This document shows positions 1 to 12,099 of a DNA stretch of 64,000 bases, piece after piece. Under the pieces are notes generated by a model, which was given only the letters and a program-made list of their open reading frames with translations, was not told where the DNA came from and did no database searches. The stretch comes from Squalus acanthias (Eukaryota): contig CM059438.1 in the NCBI GenBank assembly GCA_030390025.1, forward strand, positions 54,500,001 to 54,564,000, written 5' to 3'. A program made the position numbers and the translations under genes. Numbering within the stretch: position 1 is the stretch's first letter; every line of letters starts with the position of its first letter.

Positions 1-156
1 ATGTTTGATTTACACCCTTGATTTCTCTGACTTCCACTTTTGCTTTTCTCCTTCCTGTCTTTTTCTTCCATCCTTGCTTCCCTTTCCTCTGTCTCCCTGC
101 ACAGGTTCCCAGCTCGTCCCACTCCCCCGTCCTTTCTCCGTGGCCCTGCAATTTTT

Positions 157-745
157 TTTCCTTCTGGCACTTATCCAATTCCCTTTTGAAAGCCACAATT
201 GAAGCTGCCTCCACCACCCTTTCAGGCAGTGAATTCCAGATCCTAACCACTTACTGCGTAAAAAAGTTTTTCCTCATGTCTCCTTTGGTTCCTCTGCCAA
301 TCACCTTAAATCTGTGTCCTCTGGTTCACAACCCTTCCGCCAATGGGAACAGTTTCTCTCTATCTACCCTGTCTAGACCCCTTATGATTTTGAACACCTC
401 TATCAAATCTCCTCTGAATCTTCTCTGCTCTGAGAACAAACCCAGCTTCTCCAGTCTATCCACGTAACTGAAGTCCCTCATCCCTGGAACCATTCTTGTA
501 AATCTTTTCTGCACCCTCTCTAAGGCCTTCACATCCTTCCTAAAGTGCGGTGCCCAGAATTGGACACAATACTCCAGTTGAGGCCAAGCCAGTGTTTTAT
601 AAAGATTCATCATAACTTCCTTGCTTTTGTACTCAATGCCTCTATTTATGAAGCCCAGGATCCCATATCCTATTTTAACCGCTTTCTCAACCTGCCCTGC
701 CACCTTCAACGATTTGTGCACATATGCCTCCAGGTGTCTCTGTTC
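157..745 (-). mobile_element. CR1 LINE fragment (RT C-terminal part); resumes at about 3481-3695 after a nested block
   Basis: ORF 326-721 has [16 protein letters not shown]...LERVQKRFTRM. The sequence broken at about 746 continues with ccccccttta gaattgtacc at 3481. Confidence 0.85.
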
Positions 746-1042
746 ATCATAGAATCATAGAAATTTACAACACGGAAGGAGGCCATTCGGCCCATCGTGT
801 CCGCGTCGGTCGACAAAGAGCTATCCAGCCTAATCCCACCTGCCAGCGCTTGGTCCATAGCCTTGTAGGCTACGGCACTTCAATTGCACATCCAAGTTCT
901 TTTTGAATGTGGTGAGAGTTTCTGCCTCTACCACCCTTTCAGACAGTGAGTTCCAGACCCCCACCACCCTCTGGGTGAAAACATTTCCCCTCAAATCCCC
1001 TCTAAACCTCCGACCATTTACTTTAAATCTATGCCCCATGGG
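746..1042 (-). mobile_element. CR1 3' end (ORF2 tail, 3'UTR, microsatellite tail)
   Basis: Begins catagaatcatagaa and encodes GHRFKV...FTQRVVGVWNSL...GYGPSAGRWD on the minus strand. Confidence 0.88.
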
Positions 1043-3030
1043 ACATAACGGGTAGGATAAAGAAAAAAAGGAAGGCGTATGACAGATACCGAGGGCTAAA
1101 TACTCCAGAATCTTTAGTACAGAAAGTGCAGGGGTGCAATTAAAAAGGATATTAGGAAAGCAAAGAGAGAGCATGAAAAATTCTTGGCAAGTAAAATCAA
1201 GGAAAACCCAAAGATGTTTTATAAATATATTAAGAGTAAGAGGATAACTAAAGAAAGGGTAGGGCCTATTAGAGATCATGAGGGTAATCTGTGTGTGGAG
1301 GCAGGAGACGTCGGTAGGGTTCTTAATGAATACTTTGCGTCTGTTTTCACAAAGGAGAGGGGCGAAGCAGACATTGCTATCAGGGAGGAGGAGTGTGAAA
1401 TATTGGATGAAATAAACATAGTGAGAGAGGAAGTATTAAGGGATTTAGCAGCTTTAAAAGTGGATAAATCCCCAGGCCCGGATGAAATGTATCCCAAGCT
1501 GTTAAGCGAAGCAAAAGAGGAAATAGCAGAGGCCCTGACCATCATTTTTCAATCCTCTGTCTTCAGGTGTGGTGCCGGAAGACTGGAGGACTGCTAATGT
1601 GGTACCCTTGTTTAAAAAAGGAGAAAAGGATAGACCGAGTAATTACAGGCCAGTCAGCCTAACCTCGGTGGTGGGAAAGTTATTGGAAAGAATTCTGAAG
1701 GACAGGACAAATCTTCATTTAGAAAGACATGGATTAATCAAGGATAGTCAGCACGGATTTGTTAAGGGAAGGTCGTGTCTGACAAACTTGATTGAATTTT
1801 TTGAGGAGGGAACAAGGAGGGTAGATGAGGGTAGTGCGTTTGATGTAGTTTATATGGACTTTAGCAAGGCTTTTGATAAGGTTCCACATGGCAGACTGGT
1901 CACGAAGTTAAAAGCCCATGGGATCCAGGGCAAAGTGTTGATTCAAAACTGGCTCGGAGACAGGAAGCAGAGGGTAATGGTTGATGGGTGTTTTTGTGAC
2001 TGGAAGGCTGTTTCCAGTGGGGTTCCGCAGGGCTCAGTACCAGGTCCCTTGCTTTTTGTGGTATATATCAATGATCAAGACTTGAATATAGGGGATATGA
2101 TTAAGAAGTTTGCAGATGATACTAAAATCGGCTGTGTGGTTGATACTGAAGAAGGAAGCTGTAGACTGCAGGAAGATAGCAATAAATTGGTCAGGTGGGC
2201 AGAACAGTGGCAAACGGAATTCAATCCGGAGAAGTGTGAGGTAATACATTTGGGGAGGGCTAACAAGTAAAGGGAATACACATTAAATGGTAGGACACTG
2301 AGTAGTGTAGAGGAACAAAGGGACATTGGAGTGCATGTCCACAGATCCCTGAAGGTAGCAGGCCAGGTAGACAAGATGGTTAAGAAGGCATACGGAATGC
2401 TTGCCTTTATTAGCCGTGGCATAGAATACAAGAGCAGGGGGGTTATGCTTCAACTGTATAAAACACTAGTTAGGCCTCAGCTAGAGTACTGCGTGCAGTT
2501 CTGGTCACCACATTACAGGAAAGATGTGATTGCACTAGAGAGGGTACAGAGAAGATTTACAAGGATGTTGCCAGGAGTAGAGAATCTTAGCTATGAGGAA
2601 AGACTGGATAGGCTGGGTTTGTTTTCCTTGGAACAGAGGAAGCTGAGGGGAGACCTTATTGAGGTGTATAAAATTATGAGGGGCATAGATAAAGTGGATA
2701 GAAAGGAGCTATTTCCCTTAGCAGAGGGGTCAAAAACCAGAGGGCACAGGTTTAAAGTAATTGGTGGAAGGTTTAGAGGGGATTTGAGGGGAAATTTCTT
2801 CACCCAGAGGGTTGTGGGGGTCTGGAACTCATTGCCTGAATGGGTGGTAGAGGCAGGAACCCTAACCACATTTAAAAAGTACTTGGATGTGCACTTGTTA
2901 TGCTGTAACCTGCAGGGCTACGGACCAAGAGCTGGGAAGTGGGATTAGGCTGGATAGCTCTTTGTTGGCCGGCGCGGACACGATGGGCCGAAATGGCCTC
3001 CTTCCGTGCTGTAACTTTCTATGATTCTAA
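1043..3030 (+). mobile_element. 5'-truncated CR1 LINE, ORF2 (RT) broken by a frameshift and a stop
   Basis: ORFs 1184-1597, 1569-2270 and 2331-2948 carry KSPGPD, NYRPVSLTS, QHGF, DFSKAFDKV, GVPQGSV and KFADD. The tail is ttctatgattcta. Confidence 0.95.
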
Positions 3031-3323
3031 CTTAAGAGAAATAAACTTGAAACTTTAAACAGAAACAGTCACTAGCTACTCACCAATCAGCTCTTCCCTC
3101 TATTTAATAGAGTACGGTCTGTAATTTAGCCCACAAGTCCGACTAATACTCTTATTTTTAATTAATTTACTGTTTTACTTACCCCGATTGAAATTTCTAA
3201 TTTCCCGGCTCTTAGTTAAACCAATGCCCTAGTTTAGGGAAAGAAAAATAGAAAAATACTCACCAACCAATCACTTACCTGCTTTCCTGTGAAGTCACAC
3301 TTTGATATTTTTTTTCTTTCTCG

Positions 3324-3477
3324 GGTCCCGCTCAGGTCCGCAGCCTCTGCTCTCGGGTCTCCTCTGCCGCGCTCTTTATCTTGCTCTCGCTCCCAGCTCA
3401 GGTCCCGCTCTGGTCCGCAGCCTCTGCTCTCAGGTCTCCTCTGCCGCGCTCTTTATCTTGCTCTCGCTCCCAGCTCA
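3324..3477. repeat. Two tandem 77-bp GC-rich units, probably 5'UTR monomers of a minus-strand CR1
   Basis: ggtcccgctc(a/t)ggtccgcagcctctgctctc(g/a)ggtctcctctgccgcgctctttatcttgctctcgctcccagctca occurs twice with 2 mismatches. Confidence 0.85.
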
Positions 3478-4044
3478 AGTCCCCCCTTTAGAATTGTACC
3501 CTGTAGTTTATATTGCCTCTCCTCGTTCTTCCTACCAAAATGTATCACTTCGCACTTTTGTATCTGCCACGTGTCTGCCCATTCCACCAGCCGGTCTATG
3601 TCTTCTTGAAGTCTATCACTATCCTCCTCACTGTTCACTATGCTTCCAAAGTTTTGTGTCATCTGCAAATTTTGTAATTGTGCCCTGTACACCCAGTGTG
3701 GCATCCATGTGACTCCAGTCCCACACAATGTAGTAACACAATAACGTTTCAGACAGGAGAAGACCTTCAGTCCATCTAGCCCCCTATCAACAGTATTCCC
3801 TTGGTGCATTTCTAATAACCTGTTGATAAGAACTGGTGTAGTTCCTTCTTGAAACCCATTAAGGTTCCTTGTTCCACCACATACCACGCATTTAGTAAAA
3901 AACTTTTGCCTGCATTTCCTATTTTGTTTTGTTGTCTTTAATTTGAAAATATGTAGTTGACTCTAATGCCTTGGAAGTGGCCTAGCAAGCCATCAGTTGT
4001 CAGGGCAACTAGGGATGGGCAATTAATATGACCTTGCCACAACA

Positions 4045-4995
4045 ATAGAACATAGAACATAGAAGAGTACAGCACAGTACAGGCCCTTCGGCCCTCGATG
4101 TTGTGCCGAGCATTGTCCGAGACCAAGATCAAGCTATCACACTCCCTATCACTCTGGTGTGCTCCATGTGCTTATCCAATAACCGCTTGAAAGTTCCTAA
4201 AGTGTCCGACTCCACTATCACAGCAGGCAGTCCATTCCACACCCCAACCACTCTCTGAGTAAAGAATCTACCTCGGACATCCCTTCTATATCTCCCCCCA
4301 TGCACCTTATAGTTATGCCCCCTTGTAACAGCTGCCTCTACCCGAGGAAATAGTCTCTGAACATCCACTCTATCTATCCCCCTCATCATCTTATAAACCT
4401 CTATTAAGTCGCCTCTCATCCTCCTCCGCTCTCAAGAGAAAAGCCCCAACTCCCTCAATCTTTCCTCATAAGACCTCCCCCCCAAACCAGGCAGCATCCT
4501 GGTGAATCTCCTTTGCAGTCTTTCCAATGCTTCCACGTCCTTCCTATAGTGAGGTGACCAGAACTGCACACAATATTCCAAATGTGGTCTCACCAAGGTC
4601 CTGTACAGTTGCAGCATAACCTCACGGTTCTTAAACTCAAACCCTCTGTTAATAAACGCCAACACACCATAGGCCTTCTTTACTGCTCTATCCACTTGAG
4701 TGGCAACCTTCAGAGATCTGTGGATATGAACCCCCAGATCCCTCTGCTCCTCCACGTTCCTCAGAACCCTGCCGTTGACCCTGTAATCCTTATTCAAATT
4801 TGCCCTACCAAAATGAATCACCTCGCACTTATCAGGGTTAAATTCCATCTGCCATTTTTCGGCCCAGCTCTGCATCCTATCAATGTCTCTTTGCAGCCTA
4901 CAACTGCCCTCCACCTCATCCACTACTCCACCAATCTTGGTGTCATCAGCAAATTTACTGATCCACCCTTCAGTCCCCTCCTCCAAGTCATTGAT
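4045..4995 (-). mobile_element. CR1 LINE 3' portion
   Basis: ORFs 4432-5064 and 4129-4419 ([23 protein letters not shown]) with a (catagaa)n tail. Confidence 0.93.
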
Positions 4996-5613
4996 AAAAA
5001 ATGCAGGCAAAATAATTAAAAAAGTTTCGGTTAAAAAAAAATGTCCCGGATGTCTTACCATCAAATAGAAATGAGAAAGTCAATATTATTAACAAAATGA
5101 AAGGGACCCTAGGCCAGTCGTGCTGAATACGGCAACTGTTGGAATAAATGGGTCTTTTTCGGGGTGGCAGGCAGTGACTAGTGGGGTACCGCAGGGATCA
5201 GTGCTTGAGCCACAGCTATTCACAATATATATCAATGATTTGGATGAGGGAACCAAATGTAATATTTCCAAGTTTGCTGATGAGACTAAACTAGGTGGGA
5301 TTGTGAGTTTTGAGGAGGATGCAAAGAGGCGATTTAGACAAGTTGAGGGAGTAGGCAAATACATGGCAGATGCAGTATAACGTGGATAAATGTGAAGTTA
5401 TCCACTTCGATAGGAAAAACAGAAAGGCAGAGTATTATTTAAATGGTGATAGATTGGGAAATGTTGATGTACAAAGGGACCTGGGTGTCCTTGTACACCA
5501 GTCACTGAAAGCAAACATGCAGGTGCAGCAAGCAGTTAGGAAGCCAAATGGTATGCTGGCCTTCATTGCAAGAGGATTTGAGTACAGGAGCAAGGATGTC
5601 TTACTACAGTTAT

Positions 5614-7125
5614 GATGCGGAGATGCCGGTGTTGGACTGGGGTGGACAAAATTGAGAGGTCGCACAACACCAGGTTATAGTCCAACAGTTTTATTTTAAA
5701 TCACAAGCTTTCGGAGTTAAAACTCCTTCGTCGGGTGAAGTGAGGAGATACAGAATCGTCAAAGCATATATAGATAGAGAACAAAGCATGTGTAACTTAC
5801 AATTGCAGACAACTGAATTCAATCATCCTGACTGTTTATCTGCCGAGGTGTGATAAAGTTAATCAGGTCAGGAAGGTACCACATCAAAGACATAGCAAGA
5901 TACAACTGAGACAATGAGGTGGAATCGCATGGGGTCGAACGTGTCAAAAGCTGCCGTCTGTATGTAAAACGATTAACTTTAAAATTTTTACTTTTTTACT
6001 GGGAATCACATCTGTGAACAAGCCAACGACGACTCGAGTCCGGATCACGTCATGTATCGTGACATAAACCCAAGATCCCGATTGAGACCGTCTTCATGAG
6101 TGCGGAACTTGGCTATCAGTTTCTGCTCGATGATTTTGCGTTGTCGTGTTTTCCTAAGGTCGCCTTGCAGAACGCTTACCCGCAGATCCGAGGCTGAATG
6201 TCCTTGACTACTTGCCTTCAAACAGCCGCCTAACCTCAGAAGTACCATCGTTCACAGCAAATTACCCAGCTTTCAAAAATAACAGCGACCACGACACCAC
6301 ACAACCCTGCCATGGCAAACTCTGCAAGACATGCCAGATCATCAACACAGATACCATCATCACACGTGAGGACACTACCCACCAGGTACATGGTACATAC
6401 TCATGTGACTCGGCCAACGTTGTCTACCTCATACGTTGCAGGAAAGAATGCACCGCGGCATGGTACATCGGCGAGACCATGCAGACACTGAGACAACGTA
6501 TGAACGAGCACCGCGCAACAATCGCCAGGCAGGATTGTTACCTCCCAGTCGGGGAACACTTCAGCGGTCAAGGACATTCAGCCTCGGATCTGCGGGTAAG
6601 CGTTCTGCAAGGCGACCTTAGGAAAACACGACAACGCAAAATCATCGAGCAGAAACTGATAGCCAAGTTCCGCACTCATGAAGACGGTCTCAATCGGGAT
6701 CTTGGGTTTATGTCACGATACATGACGTGATCCGGACTCGAGTCGTCGTTGGCTTGTTCACAGATGTGATTCCCAGTAAAAAAGTAAAAATTTTAAAGTT
6801 AATCGTTTTACATACAGACGGCAGCTTTTGACACGTTCGACCCCATGCGATTCCACCTCATTGTCTCAGTTGTATCTTGCTATGTCTTTGATGTGGTACC
6901 TTCCTGACCTGATTAACTTTATCACACCTCGGCAGATAAACAGTCAGGATGATTGAATTCAGTTGTCTGCAATTGTAAGTTACACATGCTTTGTTCTCTA
7001 TCTATATATGCTTTGACGATTCTGTATCTCCTCACTTCACCCGACGAAGGAGTTTTAACTCCGAAAGCTTGTGATTTAAAATAAAACTGTTGGACTATAA
7101 CCTGGTGTTGTGCGACCTCTCAATT
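5614..7125 (+). mobile_element. Penelope-like element, 5'-truncated, GIY-YIG endonuclease C-terminus, with inverted terminal copy
   Basis: ORF 6212-6730 has CxxxCxxC...NVVYLIRC...WYIGET...LRQRMNEHR...GLN. A 13-bp TSD ttactacagttat lies at 5601-5613 and 7126-7138. Inverted arms are 5648-6208 and 6567-7127. Confidence 0.93.
7037..7074 (+). ncRNA. Minimal type I hammerhead ribozyme motif (U4C core variant); mirror copy on the minus strand at 5701-5738
   Basis: TCAC-CCGACGA-AGGAG(ttttaa)CTCC-GAAA-GC-TT-GTGA gives stem I, a CUGANGA-like core, stem II, GAAA and a palindromic stem III (AAGCTT). Minimal hammerheads are established features of Penelope termini. Confidence 0.75.
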
Positions 7126-7952
7126 TTACTACAGTTATACAGGGCCTTGGTGAGACCACACCTGGAGTACTGTGTGCAGTTTTGGTCTCCTTACCTAAGA
7201 AAGGATATACTTGCCATAGAGGGAGTGCAGCGAAGGTTCACCAGACTGATTCCTGGGATGGCAGGACTGTCGTATGAGGAGAGATTGGGTCGACTAGGCC
7301 TGTATACACTAGAGTTTAGAAGAATGAGAGGGGATCTCACTGAAACGTCTAAAATTCTGACAGGGCTAGACAGACTGGATGCAGGGAGGATGTTTCCCCT
7401 GGCTGGGGGGGTTCGAGAACGAGGGGTCACAGTCTCAGGATACGGGGTAGGACATTTAGGACTGAGATGAGGAGAAATTTCTTCACTCAGAGGGTGGTGA
7501 ACCTGTGGAATTCTCTACCACAGAAGGCTGTGGAGGCCAAGTCACTGAATATATTTAAGCAGGAGATAGATAGATTTCTAGACGCAAAAGGCGTCAAGGG
7601 GTATGGGGAGAGCACGGGAATATGGTATTGAGATAGAGGATCAGCCATGATCATATTGAATGGTGGAGCAGGCTCGAAGGGCCGAATGGCCTACTCCTGC
7701 TCCTATTTTTCTATGTTTCTATGATGGTAACATTAACTCTAAAAATGAACGGGAAAACAAAGGATATGAAGACGTCTAACAGTTCTGCAATGCCCAACAG
7801 GAAAGCATAAAAGCTACTTAACCAAGCAAAAACAAAGTGTCAATGTTGCCCACTGGCCTTAGATATCAAATGGCAAAAGCGAAGAGATATCCCTAAACCT
7901 TGAGCCCTAAACGAAATGAAGAATAACAGACAAACAACTATTAAATACCCTC

Positions 7953-9350
7953 GTACGATAGCAAAATACTGCAGATGCTGGAAATCCGAAATAACAACAG
8001 AAAACGCTGGAAAAACTCAGCAGGCCAGGCAGCATCCGTGGAGAGAGAAAGAGAGTTGACGTTTCAGGTCGATGACCTTTCATCAGAACTGGGAAGAGCT
8101 GGAAATCAAATAGATTTAAGGCCAGGGTAAAGCTGGGAAAAGGGGGAGGGGATAAAGGAACAAAGGAGGAGATGAAGAGACATTAAGAGACATTAAGAGA
8201 TATGCAAGGCTAGAGGTGGTGTTAATGTGACAGATTAAGGCTGAATGAAGTGTGAAATCTACTGGCAGAATGAAGGACAGCTGCCAGCTTCTAGGAGGAA
8301 AAAAAAGGTGGGGGGGACAAATAAAAGGGTGGATAAAATAAAATATAAATGTGATTGGAGCTGAGGTTATGATCTAAAATTGTTGAACTCGATATTGAGT
8401 CCAGAGGGCTGTAGCGTGCCTAAACGAAAGATGAGGTGCTGTTCCTCGAGCTTACGCTGAGCTTCCGTGGAACAGTGTATTAGGCCGAGGACGGTGAGGT
8501 CAGAGTGGGAGTGAAGCGGTGAATTAAAGTGACAGGCCACCGGGAGCTCGGGGTCCCCCTTACGGACTGAACGGAGGTGTTCCGCAAAGCGGTCACCCAA
8601 TCTGCGTTTGGTCTCCCCAATGTAGAGGAGTCCACATCGTGAGCAGCGAATACAGTATACTAAATTGCAGGAAGTACAAGTAAATCGCTGTTTCACCTGG
8701 AAGGGGTGTTTGGGGCCCTGGACAGTGGGAAGAGGGGAGGTATAAGGGCATGTGTTGCATCTCCTGCGCGTGCACGGGAAGGTGCCGGGCGAAGGGGAAG
8801 GGGTGCTGGGGGTGGTAGAGGAGTGGACTAGGGTGTCGCGGAGGGAGCGGTCCCTGCGGAATGCTGAAAGGGGAGGTGAGGGGAAGATGTGTTTGGTGGT
8901 GGGATCACGCTGGAGGTGGCGGAAATGGCGGAGGATGATCCGTTGAATGTGGAGGCTGGTGGGGTGAAAGGTGAGGACAAGGGGAACCCTATCGTGGTTC
9001 CGGGAGGGAGGGGCAGGGGTGAGGGCAGATGTGCGGGAGATAGAACGGACACGGTCGAGGGCCGTGTCGACCACGGTAGAGGGGAATCCTCGGTTGAGGA
9101 AAAAGGAAGACATGTCGGAAGCACTGGTATGGAAGGTGGCATCATCAGAGCAGATGCGGCGGAGACGGAGAAACTGGGAGAATGGAATAGAGTCCTTACA
9201 GGAGGCGGGGTGGGAGGAAGTGTAGTCCAGGTAGCTGTGGGAGTCGGTGGGCTTGTAGTGAATGTTAGTCAATAACCTATCCCCAGAGATGGAGATGGAG
9301 AAGTCGAGGAAGGGAAGAGAAGAGTCGGAGATGGACCATGTGAAGGTGCT
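7953..9350 (-). mobile_element. Penelope-like element (second family), 5'-truncated; RT C-terminus plus GIY-YIG open to the stop at 8367
   Basis: ORF 8367-9554 has LPFLD...HYKPTD...YLDYTSSHP...VYCIRC...YIGETKRRLGDRFAEH...GLN. A 14-bp TSD tattaaataccctc lies at 7939-7952 and 9351-9364. Confidence 0.93.
8054..8090 (-). ncRNA. Minimal type I hammerhead ribozyme with canonical core
   Basis: Minus strand reads AGTT-CTGATGA-AAGGTC(atc)GACCT-GAAA-CG-TC-AACT. This has an intact CUGAUGA/GAAA core and a GUC cleavage triplet, in the Penelope 3' region. Confidence 0.85.
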
Positions 9351-9534
9351 TATTAAATACCCTCCCTTCCTGCTGAAAATCAAACCGTACACCTGACCCA
9401 CCCCACTCCCTGCTGAGATACAAATAAGATGCCTTTCCTTCTCCTGCTGAAGCAAAATTATCTCTTGTACCCACCGCCCCCACCCCACCTCCAACCCCCC
9501 CCCCCACCCCACCAAAAACTGAGGCAAATTCCAC

Positions 9535-10175
9535 TTCACAGAATCATACAGCACAGAAGGACGTTATTCGGCCCATCATGCCTGCGCCGGCTTTTTCAAA
9601 GAGCTATCGAATTAGTCCCACTCCCCCGCTCTTTCCCCATAGCCCTGCAAAACTTTCCCTTTTCAAGTATTTATCCAATTTCCTTTTGAAAGTTACTACT
9701 GAATCTGCTTCCACCTCCCTTTCAGGCAGTGCATTCCAGATCACAACAATTTGCTCTATTAAAAAAATTCTCCTCATCTTCCCTCTGGATCTTTTTCCAA
9801 TTATCTTAAATCTGTATCCTCTGGTTACCTACCCTCCTGCCAGTGGAAATAGTTTCTCCCTTTCATAATTTTGAATATCTCTGTTAAATCTCCCCTTAAT
9901 CTTCTCTGTTCTAAGGAGAACAATCCAAGCCTCTCTAGTCTCTCCACATAACTGAAGTTCCTCATCCCTGGTATTCTGTTAAATCTCCTCTGCACCCTCT
10001 CCAAGGCCTTGACATCCTTCCTAAAGTGTGGTGCTCAGAATTGGACACAATACTCCAGCTGAGGCCTAACCAGTGTTTTATAAAGGTTTAGCATAACTTC
10101 TTTGTTTTAGTATTTTATGCTTCTATTTATAAAGCCAAGGTTCCCGTACGTTTAACAGCCTTATCAACTTGGCCC
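9535..10175 (-). mobile_element. CR1 LINE 3' fragment
   Basis: cacagaatcatacagcacagaagg tail, with sequence homologous to the CR1 at 157-745. Confidence 0.85.
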
Positions 10176-10934
10176 TTCGCCCTGCCCTCTTTCCTCCTTC
10201 TCTTTCATCCCCTGCTTCCTCTTCCCCCTCCCTGCCTTCCCCATTCTGCCCTCTCCCCTTTTCCCCCAAAATCCCTTCTCTCCCTTCCTCTAACCCTTTA
10301 CCCTCCCCTCTTCCCCTACCTCCCTTCCATTTCACCCTTCATCTTCCCCACTCCTCCCCCTTCCCTTCACATACTCCTCCAATCTCCTCCCCTATGACCT
10401 GAATACATGGGGTAATACCTGTTCTGGTGGCAGTACCACAGTTGGAGGAACATAAACCTATGAAAGTTTTAGATATCGAGTCAATAAAAATGATTGAGTC
10501 TTGTACTGATTGAATGTGTTGGAAGAATATGTGAATTATCCAAGAACTGTAATGAGGGGAGAAGAGGGAGTCCAGAAAGCCCCATATACCTCATTGTTCC
10601 AGGAAAGGTGGAATCTGCTTGGATGAAGAATCTCCCAATTGCACCATCCAAGTGACCAGCTGGCTAGAAGCAAAATTAAACCTTGCATATCTGGAAGGAG
10701 GGAAATACTACATGATTTCTACAGTATTGGAGTACAAGCATGGCACTGTCACTTGCCATCTTCCAGACCTTATGGTATGCATTACCCCAACAGAGATAAC
10801 ACAATTTGAAGACAAAATTTGAATACTGGTTCAGGTGTGAGAGATAGAGAGAAGAGAGAGAGGAGAGGAAAGAGAGAGAAGATAGAGGAGAAGAGGAGAG
10901 AGAGAGAGAGAGAGAAACCAAAGGCAGTTCTTTG

Positions 10935-12095
10935 AGGAGGTAACGAGCAGGGTGGACAAAGGTAAACCAGTGGATGTGGTGTATTTGGATTTCCAGAAGG
11001 CATTCGATAAGGTGTCACATAAAAGGTTACTGCATAAGATAAGAGCTCATGGAATTGGGGGTAATATATTAACATGGAAAGAGAATTGGCTCACTAACAG
11101 AAAGCAGAGAGTCGAGATAAATGGGTCATTTTCTGGCTGGCAAACGGTAACTAGTGGGGTGCCACAGGGATCGGTGCTGGGGCCTCAACTATTTACAATC
11201 TACATTAATGACTTGGATGAAGGGACCGAGTGTAATGTAGCCAAGTTTGCGGATGATACAAAGATGGGTGGGAAAGCAAGTTGTGCAGAGCACTCAAAGA
11301 ACCTGCAAAGGGATATAGACAGGCTAAGTGAGTGGGCAAACATTTGGCAGATGGAGTATAATGTGGGAAAGTGCGAGGTTATACACTTTGGCAGGAAAAA
11401 TAATAAAGCAAATTATTATTTAAATGGAGAGATTACAAAATGCTACAGTTCAGAGGGACCTGGGGGTCCTTGTGCATGAAACACAAAAAGTTAGCATGCA
11501 GGTACAGTGAGTAATCAAAAAGGCAAATGGAATGCTGGACTTTATTTCAAAGGAGTTGGAGTATAAAAGCAGGGAAGTCCTGTACAAATGTACAGGGTAT
11601 TGGTGAGACCACACCTTGAGTACTGCGTACAGTTTTGGTCTCCTTATTTAAGGAAGGATATACTTGCATTGGAGGCAGTTCAGAGACGATTCACTAGGTT
11701 AATTCCAGATATGAGGGGTTGACTTATGAGGAAAGGTTGAGCCAGCTGGGCCTATACTCATTGGAGTTTAGAAGAATGAGAGGTGATCTTATTGAAACAT
11801 ATAAGATACTGAGGGGGCACGACAAGGTAGATGTAGAAAGGATGTTTCCCCTCGTGGGGAAATCTACAACACGGGGGCACAGATTTAGAATAAAGGGTCG
11901 CCCTTTTAGAACTGAGATGAGGAGGAATTTCTTCTCTCAGGGGGTCGTAAATCTGTGGAATTCTCTGCCCCAGAGAGCTGTGGAGGCTGGGTCATTAAAT
12001 ACGTTTAAGGTGGAGATAGACAGATTTTTGCAAGATAAGGGAGTGAAGGGTTATGGGGAGCGGGCGGGGAAGTGGCTTTGAGCCCAAGATCAGCC
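10935..12095 (+). mobile_element. CR1 LINE RT region
   Basis: ORFs 10952-11479 and 11719-12081 (DFQKAFDKV, GVPQGSVLGP, KFADD, GYGERAGKW). Same subfamily as 34800-36040 and 54400-55755. Confidence 0.93.
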
Positions 12096-12099
12096 AGCA

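Larger units (their letters stand above)
5130..7725 (+). mobile_element. CR1 LINE 3' portion interrupted by a Penelope-like insertion
   Basis: ORFs 5120-5380 and 5370-5615 run to ...DVLLQL and resume at about 7126 ([14 protein letters not shown]). The tail is ctatgtttctatg. Confidence 0.92.

Noticed and set aside
18..2869. Antisense ORFs overlapping CR1 elements (e.g. 18-467, 2075-2431, 2591-2869 and many later)
   Set aside because: These are shadow frames of the RT coding strand that recur in every CR1 copy.
3324..3477. CRISPR-like array
   Set aside because: There are only two contiguous units with no spacers, in eukaryotic DNA.
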